DNA of 64,000 bases from Eledone cirrhosa (Eukaryota), in NCBI GenBank assembly GCA_964016885.1, contig OZ024744.1, forward strand, positions 127,968,001 to 128,032,000, given 5' to 3'. Both the position numbers and the translations under genes were made by a program. Positions within the stretch are counted from its first letter, which is position 1; the number at the start of each line of letters is the position of its first letter. This document shows, piece by piece, positions 1 to 10,400 of the stretch. Below the pieces are notes generated by a model that was given only the letters and a program-made list of their open reading frames with translations, had not been told where the DNA came from and ran no database searches.

Positions 1-1432
1 GTTAAGTTGGTGTTAAGTAAAGTTGGGCTTAAGTTAAGTTGGGTTTGAGTTAAGTTGGGGCTAAGTTAAGTTAGGGCTAAGTTAAGTTGGGGTTAAGTTA
101 AGTTGGGGCTAGGTTAAGTTGGGTCTAAGTTAAGTTGGGGTTAAGTTAAGTTGGGGTTAAGTTCAGTTGGGGTTAAATTAAGTTGGGGTTAAGTTAAGTT
201 GGCGTTAAGCTAAGTTGGGGTTAAGTTAATTTGCGGTTAAGTTAGGTTGTGGGTTAAGTTAAGTTGGGGGTAAGTTAAGTTGGGGGTAAGTTAAGTTGGG
301 GTTAATTTAAGTTGGGGTTAAGTTAAGTTGGGGTTAAGTTAAGTTGGGGTTAAGTTAAGTTGGGGTTAAGTTAAGTTGGCGTTAATTTAACTTGGGGTAA
401 AGTTAAGTTGGGGTTAAGTTAAGTTGGGGTTAAGTTAAGTTGGGGTTAAGTTAAGTTGGGGTTAAGTCAAGTTGGGGTTAAGTCAAGTTGGGGTTAAGTC
501 AAGTTGGGGTTAAGTTAAGTTGGGGTTAAGTTAAGTTGGGGGTAAGTTAAGTTGGGTATAAGTTAAGTTGGGGTTAAGTTAAAATGTGGTTAAGTTCAGT
601 TGGGGTTAAGTTAAGTTGGGGTTAAGTTAACTTGGGGGTAAGTTAAGTTGGGGGCAAGTTAAGTTGGGGTTAAGTTAAGTTGGGGTTAAGTTAAGTTGGG
701 GTTAAGTTAAGTTGGGGTTAAGTTAAGTTGGGGTTAAGTTAAGTTAGGGTTAATTTCAGTTGGGGTTATGTTAAGTTGGGGTTAAGTTAAGTTGGGGTTA
801 AGTTAAAGTTGGGGTTAAGTTAAGTTGGGGTAAAGTTAAGTTAGGGTTAAGTTGAGTTGGGGTTAAGTTAAGTTGGGGTTAAATTAAGTTGGGGTTAAGT
901 TAAGTTGGGGTTAAGGTAAGTTGGGGTTAAATTAAGTTGGGGTTCAGTTAAGTTGGGGTTAAATTAAGTTGGGGTTAAGTTAAGTTGGGGTTAGTTAAGT
1001 TGGGGTTAAGTTAAGTTGGGGTTAAGTTAAGTTGGGGTTAAGTTAAGTTGGCGTTAAGTTAAGTTGGGGTTAAGTTAAGTTGGGGTTAAATTAAGTTGGG
1101 GTTAAGTTAAGTTGGGGTTAATTTAAGTTGGGGTTAAGTTAAGTTGGGGTTAAGTTAAGTTGGAGTTAAGTCAAGTTGGGGTTAAGTCAAGTTGCGGTTA
1201 AGTCAAGTTGGGGTTAAGTCAAGTTGGGGTTAAGTTAAGTTGGGGTTAACTTAAGTTGGGGTTGACTTAAGTTGGGGTTAATTTGGGGTTAAGTTAAGTT
1301 GGGGTTAAATTAAGTTGGGGGTTAGTTAAGTTGGGGCAAGTTAAGTTGGGGTTAATTTAAGTTGGGGTTAAGTTAAGTTGGGGTTATGTTAAGTTGGGGT
1401 TAAGTTACGTTGGGGTTAAGTTAAGTTGGGGG

Positions 1433-4400
1433 TAAGTTAAGTTGGGGTTAAGTTAAGTTGGGGGTAAGTTAAGTTGAGGGTAAGTTAAGTTGGGGTTAAG
1501 TTAAGTTGGGGTTAAATTAAGTTGAGGTTAAGTTAAGTTGGGGTTAAGTTAAGTTGGGGGTAAGATAAGTTGGGGGTAAGATAAGTTGGGGCTAAGTTAA
1601 GTTGGGGCTAAGTCAAGTTGGGGTTAATTCAAGTTGAGGTTAACTTAAGTTGGGGTTAAGTTAAGTTGGGGTTAATTTAAGTTGGGGTTAAGTTAAGTTG
1701 GGGTTAAGATAAGTTGGGGTTAAGTTAAGTTGGGGTTAAGTTAAGTTGGGGTTGAGTTAATTTGGGGTTAAGTTAAGTTGGGGTTAACTTAAGTTGGGGT
1801 TAAGTTGGGGTTAAGTTAAGTTGGGGGTAGGTTAAGTTGGGGGCAAGTTTAGTTGGGGTTAAGTTAAGTTGGGGTTACGTTAAGTTGGGCGTAAGTTAAG
1901 TCGGGGTTAAGTTAAGTTGGGGTTAAGTTAAGTTGGGTTTAAGTTAAGTTGGGGCTAAGTTAAGTTGGAGCTAAGTTAAGTTGGGGCTGAGTTAAGTTGG
2001 GGGTAAGTTAAGTTGGGGTTAAGTTAAGTTGGGGTTCAGTTAAGTTGGGGTTAAGTTAAGTTGGGGTTAAGTTAAGCTGGGGTTAAGTTAAGTTGGGGTT
2101 AAGTTAAGTTGGGGTTAAGTTAAGTTGGGGTTAAGTTAAGTTGGGGTTGAGTTAAGTTGGGGTTGAGTTAAGTTGGGGTTAAGTTAAGTTGGGGTTAAGT
2201 TAAGTTGGGGTTAAGTTAAGTTGGGGTTAAGTTAAGTTGGGGTTAAGTTAAGTTGGGGGTAAGTTAAGTTGGGGGCAAGTTAAGTTGGGGTTAAGTTAAG
2301 TTGGGGTTAAGTTAAGTTGGGGTTAAGTTAAGTTAGGGTTAATTTCAGTTGGGGTTATGTTAAGTTGGGGTTAAGTTAAGTTGGGGTTAAGTTAAAGTTG
2401 GGGTTAAGTTAAGTTGGGGTAAAGTTAAGTTAGGGTTAAGTTAAGTTGGGGTTAAGTTAAGTTGGGGTTAAATTAAGTTGGGGTTAAGTTAAGTTGGGGT
2501 TAAATTAAGTTGGGGTTAAGTTAAGTTGGGGTTAGTTAAGTTGGGGTTAAGTTAAGTTGGGGTTAAGTTAAGTTGGGGTTAAGTTAAGTTGGGGTTAAAT
2601 TAAGTTGGGGTTAAGTTAAGTTGGGGTTAAGTTAAGTTGGGGTTAAGTTAAGTTAGGGTTAATTTCAGTTGGGGTTATGTTAAGTTGGGGTTAAGTTAAG
2701 TTGGGGTTAAGTTAAAGTTGGGGTTAAGTTAAGTTGGCGTAAAGTTAAGTTAGGGTTAAATTAAGTTGGGGTTAAGTTAAGTTGGGGTTAAATTAAGTTG
2801 GGGTTAAGTTAAGTTGGGGTTAAGTTAAGTTAGGGTTAAATTAAGTTGGGGTTCAGTTAAGTTGGGGTTAAATTAAGTTGGGGTTAAGTTAAGTTGGGGT
2901 TAGTTAAGTTGGGGTTAAGTTAAGTTGGCGTTAAGTTAAGTTGGGGTTAAGTTAAGTTGGCGTTAAGTTAAGTTGGGGTTAAGTTAAGTTGGGGTTAAGT
3001 TAAGTTGGGGTTAAGTTAAGTTGGGGTTAATTTAAGTTGGGGTTAAGTTAAGTTGGGGTTAAGTTAAGTTGGAGTTAAGTCAAGTTGGTGTTAAGTCAAG
3101 TTGGGGTTAAGTCAAGTTGGGGTTAAGTCAAGTTGGGGTTAAGTTAAGTTGGGGTTAAGTTAAGTTGGGGTTAAGTTAAGTTGGGGGTAAGTTAAGTTGG
3201 GTGTAAGTTAAGTTGGGGTTAAGTTAAGTTGGGGTTCAGTTCAGTTGCGGTTAAGTTAAGTTGGGGTTAAGTTAAGCTGGGGGTAAGTTAAGTTGGGGTT
3301 AAGTTAAGTTGGGGTTAAGTTAAGTTGGGGTTAAGTTAAGTTGGGGTTCAGTTAAGTTGGGGTTAAGTTAATTTGGGGCTGAGTTAAGTTGGGGTTAAGT
3401 TAAGTTCGGGTTGAGTTAAGTTGGGGTTAAGTTAAGTTGGGGTTAAGTTAAGTTGGGGTTAAGTTAAGTTGGGGTTAAGATAAGTTGGGGTTAAGTTAAG
3501 TTGGGGTTAATTTAAGTTGGGGTTGAGTTAATTTGGGTTTAAGTTAAGTTAGCCTTAACTTAAGTTGGGGTTAAGTTAAGTTGGGGTTAAGTTAAGTTGG
3601 GGGTAAGTTAAGTTGGGGGCAAGTTAAGTTGGGGTTAATTTAAGTTGGGGTTAAGTTAAGTTGGGGTTAAGTTAAGTTGGGGGTAACTTAAGTTGGGGTT
3701 AAGTTAAGTTGAGGGTAAGTTAAGTTGAGGTTAAGTTAAGTTGGGGTTAAGTTAAGTTGGGGGTAAGTTAAGTTGGGGGTAAGTTAAGTTGGGGTTAAGT
3801 TAAGTTGGGGTTAAATTAAGTTGAGGTTAAGTTAATTTGGGGTTAAGTTAAGTTAGGGTTAATTTCAGTTGGGGTTAATTTAAGTTGGGGTTAAGTTAAG
3901 TTAGGGTTAATTTAAGTTGGGGTTATGTTAAGTTGGGGTTAAGTTAAGTTGGGGTTAAGTTAAGTTGGTGTTAAGTAAAGTTGGGGTTAAGTTAAGTTGT
4001 GGGTTAAGTTAAGTTGGGGTTAAGTTAAGTTGGGGTTAATTTAAGTTGGTGTTAAGTAAAGTTGGGCTTAAGTTAAGTTGGGTTTGAGTTAAGTTGGGGC
4101 TAAGTTAAGTTAGGGCTAAGTTAAGTTGGGGTTAAGTTAAGTTGGGGCTAGGTTAAGTTGGGTCTAAGTTAAGTTGGGGTTAAGTTAAGTTGGGGTTAAA
4201 TTAAGTTGGGGTTAAATTAAGTTGGGGTTAAGTTAAGTTGGGGTTAAGCTAAGTTGGGGTTAAGTTAATTTGCGGTTAAGTTAGGTTGTGGGTTAAGTTA
4301 AGTTGGGGGTAAGTTAAGTTGGGGGTAAGTTAAGTTGGGGTTAATTTAAGTTGGGGTTAAGTTAAGTTGGGGTTAAGTTAAGTTGGGGTTAAGTTAAGTT

Positions 4401-7400
4401 GGGGTTAAGTTAAGTTGGCGTTAATTTAACTTGGGGTAAAGTTAAGTTGGGGTTAAGTTAAGTTGGGGTTAAGTTAAGTTGGGGTTAAGTTAAGTTGGGG
4501 TTAAGTCAAGTTGGGGTTAAGTCAAGTTGGGGTTAAGTCAAGTTGGGGTTAAGTTACGTTGGGGTTAAGTTAAGTTGGGGGTAAGTTAAGTTGGGGGTAA
4601 GTTAAGTTGGGGGCAAGTTAAGTTGGGGTTAAGTTAAGTTGGGGTTAAGTTAAGTTGGGGTTAAGTTAAGTTGGGGTTAAGTTAAGTTAGGGTTAATTTC
4701 AGTTGGGGTTATGTTAAGTTGGGGTTAAGTTAAGTTGGGGTTAAGTTAAAGTTGGGGTTATGTTAAGTTGGGGTAAAGTTAAGTTAGGGTTAAGTTGAGT
4801 TGGGGTTAAGTTAAGTTGGGGTTAAATTAAGTTGGGGTTCAGTTAAGTTGGGGTTAAATTAAGTTGGGGTTAAGTTAAGTTGGGGTTAGTTAAGTTGGGG
4901 TTAAGTTAAGTTGGGGTTAAGTTAAGTTGGGGTTAAGTTAAGTTGGGGTTAAGTTAAGTTGGCGTTAAGTTAAGTTGGGGTTAAGTTAAGTTGGGGTTAA
5001 ATTAAGTTGGGGTTAAGTTAAGTTGGGGTTAATTTAATTTGGGGTTAAGTTAAGTTGGGGTTAAGTTAAGTTGGAGTTAAGTCAAGTTGGGGTTAAGTCA
5101 AGTTGCGGTTAAGTCAAGTTGGGGTTAAGTCAAGTTGGGGTTAAGTTAAGTTGGGGTTAAGTTAAGTTGGGGTTAACTTAAGTTGGGGTTAAGTTGGGGT
5201 TAAGTTAAGTTGGGGTTAAATTAAGTTGGGGGTTAGTTAAGTTGGGGCAAGTTAAGTTGGGGTTAATTTAAGTTGGGGTTAAGTTAAGTTGGGGTTAAGT
5301 TAAGTTGGGGGTAAGTTAAGTTGGGGTTAAGTTAAGTTGGGGGTAAGTTAAGTTGAGGGTAAGTTAAGTTGGGGTTAAGTTAAGTTGGGGTTAAATTAAG
5401 TTGAGGTTAAGTTAAGTTGGGGTTAAGTTAAGTTGGGGGTAAGATAAGTTGGGGGTAAGATAAGTTGGGGCTAAGTTAAGTTGGGGCTAAGTCAAGTTGG
5501 GGTTAATTCAAGTTGAGGTTAACTTAAGTTGGGGTTAAGTTAAGTTGGGGTTAAGTTAAGTTGGGGTTAAGGTAAGTTGGGGTTATGTTAAGTTGGGGCT
5601 ATGTTAAGTTGGGGCTAAGTTAAGTTGGGGCTGAGTTAAGTTGGGGTTAAGTTAAGTTGGGGTTGAGTTAAGTTGGGGTTAAGTTAAGTTGGGATTAAGT
5701 TAAGTTGGGGTTAAGTTAAGTTCGGCTTGAGTTAAGTTGGGGTTAAGTTAAGTTGGGGTTAATTTAAGTTGGGGTTAAGTTAAGTTGGGGTTAAGATAAG
5801 TTGGGGTTAAGTTAAGTTGGGGTTAAGTTAAGTTGGGGTTGAGTTAATTTGGGGTTAAGTTAAGTTGGGGTTAACTTAAGTTGGGGTTAAGTTGGGGTTG
5901 AGTTAAGTTGGGGGTAGGTTAAGTTGGGGGCAAGTTTAGTTGGGGTTAAGTTAAGTTGGGGTTACGTTAAGTTGGGCGTAAGTTAAGTCGGGGTTAAGTT
6001 AAGTTGGGGTTAAGTTAAGTTGGGTTTAAGTTAAGTTGGGGCTAAGTTAAGTTGGAGCTAAGTTAAGTTGGGGCTGAGTTAAGTTGGGGGTAAGTTAAGT
6101 TGGGGTTAAGTTAAGTTGGGGTTCAGTTCAGTTGGGGTTAAGTTAAGTTGGGGTTAAGTTAAGCTGGGGTTAAGTTAAGTTGGGGTTAAGTTAAGTTGGG
6201 GTTAAGTTAAGTTGGGGTTAAGTTAAGTTGGGGTTGAGTTAAGTTGGGGTTGAGTTAAGTTGGGGTTAAGTTAAGTTGGGGTTAAGTTAAGTTGGGGTTA
6301 AGTTAAGTTGGGGTTAAGTTAAGTTGGGGGTAAGTTAAGTTGGGGGCAAGTTAAGTTGGGGTTAAGTTAAGTTGAGGTTAAGTTAAGTTGGGGTTAAGTT
6401 AAGTTAGGGTTAATTTCAGTTGGGGTTATGTTAAGTTGGGGTTAAGTTAAGTTGGGGTTAAGTTAAAGTTGGGGTTAAGTTAAGTTGGGGTAAAGTTAAG
6501 TTAGGGTTAAGTTAAGTTGGGGTTAAGTTAAGTTGGGGTTAAATTAAGTTGGGGTTAAGTTAAGTTGGGGTTAAGTTAAGTTGGGGTTAAATTAAGTTGG
6601 GGTTCAGTTAAGTTGGGGTTAAATTAAGTTGGGGTTAAGTTAAGTTGGGGTTAGTTAAGTTGGGGTTAAGTTAAGTTGGGGTTAAGTTAAGTTGGGGTTA
6701 AGTTAAGTTGGGGTTAAATTAAGTTGGGGTTAAGTTAAGTTGGGGTTAAGTTAAGTTGGGGTTAAGTTAAGTTAGGGTTAATTTCAGTTGGGGTTATGTT
6801 AAGTTGGGGTTAAGTTAAGTTGGGGTTAAGTTAAAGTTGGGGTTAAGTTAAGTTGGCGTAAAGTTAAGTTAGGGTTAAGTTAAGTTGGGGTTAAGTTAAG
6901 TTGGGGTTAAGTTAAGTTGGGGGTAAGTTAAGTTGAGGGTAAGTTAAGTTGGGGTTAAGTTAAGTTGGGGTTAAATTAAGTTGAGGTTAAGTTAAGTTGG
7001 GGTTAAGTTAAGTTGGGGGTAAGATAAGTTGGGGGTAAGATAAGTTGGGGCTAAGTTAAGTTGGGGCTAAGTCAAGTTGGGGTTAATTCAAGTTGAGGTT
7101 AACTTAAGTTGGGGTTAAGTTAAGTTGGGGTTAATTTAAGTTGGGGTTAAGTTAAGTTGGGGTTAAGATAAGTTGGGGTTAAGTTAAGTTGGGGTTAAGT
7201 TAAGTTGGGGTTGAGTTAATTTGGGGTTAAGTTAAGTTGGGGTTAACTTAAGTTGGGGTTAAGTTGGGGTTAAGTTAAGTTGGGGGTAGGTTAAGTTGGG
7301 GGCAAGTTTAGTTGGGGTTAAGTTAAGTTGGGGTTAAGTTAAGTTGGGTTTAAGTTAAGTTGGGGCTAAGTTAAGTTGGAGCTAAGTTAAGTTGGGGCTG

Positions 7401-10400
7401 AGTTAAGTTGGGGGTAAGTTAAGTTGGGGTTAAGTTAAGTTGGGGTTCAGTTAAGTTGGGGTTAAGTTAAGTTGGGGTTAAGTTAAGCTGGGGTTAAGTT
7501 AAGTTGGGGTTAAGTTAAGTTGGGGTTAATTTAAGTTGGGGTTAAGTTAAGTTGGGGTTGAGTTAAGTTGGGGTTGAGTTAAGTTGGGGTTAAGTTAAGT
7601 TGGGGTTAAGTTAAGTTGGGGTTAAGTTAAGTTGGGGTTAAGTTAAGTTGGGGTTAAGTTAAGTTGGGGGTAAGTTAAGTTGGGGGCAAGTTAAGTTGGG
7701 GTTAAGTTAAGTTGGGGTTAAGTTAAGTTGGGGTTAAGTTAAGTTAGGGTTAATTTCAGTTGGGGTTATGTTAAGTTGGGGTTAAGTTAAGTTGGGGTTA
7801 AGTTAAAGTTGGGGTTAAGTTAAGTTGGGGTAAAGTTAAGTTAGGGTTAAGTTAAGTTGGGGTTAAGTTAAGTTGGGGTTAAATTAAGTTGGGGTTCAGT
7901 TAAGTTGGGGTTAAGTTAAGCTGGGGTTAAATTAAGTTGGGGTTCAGTTAAGTTGGGGTTAAATTAAGTTGGGGTTAAGTTAAGTTGGGGTTAGTTAAGT
8001 TGGGGTTAAGTTAAGTTGGGGTTAAGTTAAGTTGGGGTTAAGTTAAGTTGGGGTTAAATTAAGTTGGGGTTAAGTTAAGTTGGGGTTAAGTTAAGTTGGG
8101 GTTAAGTTAAGTTAGGGTTAATTTCAGTTGGGGTTATGTTAAGTTGGGGTTAAGTTAAGTTGGGGTTAAGTTAAAGTTGGGGTTAAGTTAAGTTGGCGTA
8201 AAGTTAAGTTAGGGTTAAGTTAAGTTGGGGTTAAGTTAAGTTGGGGTTAAATTAAGTTGGGGTTAAGTTAAGTTGGGGTTAAGTTAAGTTAGGGTTAAAT
8301 TAAGTTGGGGTTCAGTTAAGTTGGGGTTAAATTAAGTTGGGGTTAAGTTAAGTTGGGGTTAGTTAAGTTGGGGTTAAGTTAAGTTGGCGTTAAGTTAAGT
8401 TGGGGTTAAGTTAAGTTGGCGTTAAGTTAAGTTGGGGTTAAGTTAAGTTGGGGTTAAGTTAAGTTGGGGTTAAGTTAAGTTGGGGTTAATTTAAGTTGGG
8501 GTTAAGTTAAGTTGGGGTTAAGTTAAGTTGGAGTTAAGTCAAGTTGGTGTTAAGTCAAGTTGGGGTTAAGTCAAGTTGGGGTTAAGTCAAGTTGGGGTTA
8601 AGTTAAGTTGGGGTTAAGTTAAGTTGGGGTTAAGTTAAGTTGGGGGTAAGTTAAGTTGGGTGTAAGTTAAGTTGGGGTTAAGTTAAGTTGGGGTTAAGTT
8701 AAGCTGGGGGTAAGTTAAGTTGGGGTTAAGTTAAGTTGGGGTTAAGTTAAGTTGGGGTTAAGTTAAGTTGGGGTTCAGTTAAGTTGGGGTTAAGTTAATT
8801 TGGGGCTGAGTTAAGTTGGGGTTAAGTTAAGTTCGGGTTGAGTTAAGTTGGGGTTAAGTTAAGTTGGGGTTAAGTTAAGTTGGGGTTAAGTTAAGTTGGG
8901 GTTAAGATAAGTTGGGGTTAAGTTAAGTTGGGGTTAATTTAAGTTGGGGTTGAGTTAATTTGGGTTTAAGTTAAGTTAGCCTTAACTTAAGTTGGGGTTA
9001 AGTTAAGTTGGGGTTAAGTTAAGTTGGGGGTAAGTTAAGTTGGGGGCAAGTTAAGTTGGGGTTAATTTAAGTTGGGGTTAAGTTAAGTTGGGGTTAAGTT
9101 AAGTTGGGGGTAACTTAAGTTGGGGTTAAGTTAAGTTGAGGGTAAGTTAAGTTGAGGTTAAGTTAAGTTGGGGTTAAGTTAAGTTGGGGGTAAGTTAAGT
9201 TGGGGGTAAGTTAAGTTGGGGTTAAGTTAAGTTGGGGTTAAATTAAGTTGAGGTTAAGTTAATTTGGGGTTAAGTTAAGTTAGGGTTAATTTCAGTTGGG
9301 GTTAATTTAAGTTGGGGTTAAGTTAAGTTAGGGTTAATTTAAGTTGGGGTTATGTTAAGTTGGGGTTAAGTTAAGTTGGGGTTAAGTTAAGTTGGTGTTA
9401 AGTAAAGTTGGGGTTAAGTTAAGTTGTGGGTTAAGTTAAGTTGGGGTTAAGTTAAGTTGGGGTTAAGTTAAGTTGGTGTTAAGTAAAGTTGGGCTTAAGT
9501 TAAGTTGGGTTTGAGTTAAGTTGGGGCTAAGTTAAGTTAGGGCTAAGTTAAGTTGGGGTTAAGTTAAGTTGGGGCTAGGTTAAGTTGGGTCTAAGTTAAG
9601 TTGGGGTTAAGTTAAGTTGGGGTTAAATTAAGTTGGGGTTAAATTAAGTTGGGGTTAAGTTAAGTTGGGGTTAAGCTAAGTTGGGGTTAAGTTAATTTGC
9701 GGTTAATTTAGGTAGTGGGTTAAGTTAAGTTGGGGGTAAGTTAAGTTGGGGGTAAGTTAAGTTGGGGTTAATTTAAGTTGGGGTTAAGTTAAGTTGGGGT
9801 TAAGTTAAGTTGGGGTTAAGTTAAGTTGGGGTTAAGTTAAGTTGGCGTTAATTTAACTTGGGGTAAAGTTAAGTTGGGGTTAAGTTAAGTTGGGGTTAAG
9901 TTAAGTTGGGGTTAAGTTAAGTTGGGGTTAAGTCAAGTTGGGGTTAAGTCAAGTTGGGGTTAAGTCAAGTTGGGGTTAAGTTACGTTGGGGTTAAGTTAA
10001 GTTGGGGGTAAGTTAAGTTGGGGGTAAGTTAAGTTGGGGGCAAGTTAAGTTGGGGTTAAGTTAAGTTGGGGTTAAGTTAAGTTGGGGTTAAGTTAAGTTG
10101 GGGTTAAGTTAAGTTAGGGTTAATTTCAGTTGGGGTTATGTTAAGTTGGGGTTAAGTTAAGTTGGGGTTAAGTTAAAGTTGGGGTTAAGTTAAGTTGGGG
10201 TAAAGTTAAGTTAGGGTTAAGTTGAGTTGGGGTTAAGTTAAGTTGGGGTTAAATTAAGTTGGGGCTAAGTTAAGTTGGGGTTAAGGTAAGTTGGGGTTAA
10301 ATTAAGTTGGGGTTCAGTTAAGTTGGGGTTAAATTAAGTTGGGGTTAAGTTAAGTTGGGGTTAGTTAAGTTGGGGTTAAGTTAAGTTGGGTTTAAGTTAA

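Noticed and set aside
581-590. AAAATGTGG as an insertion or start-codon signal
   Set aside because: It occupies exactly the length of AAGTTGGGG, so it is a multiply substituted monomer, and in-frame stops follow within a few codons.
744-749. Canonical TTAGGG telomere tract
   Set aside because: TTAGGG occurs only as isolated single-substitution variants of TTGGGG and never in tandem.
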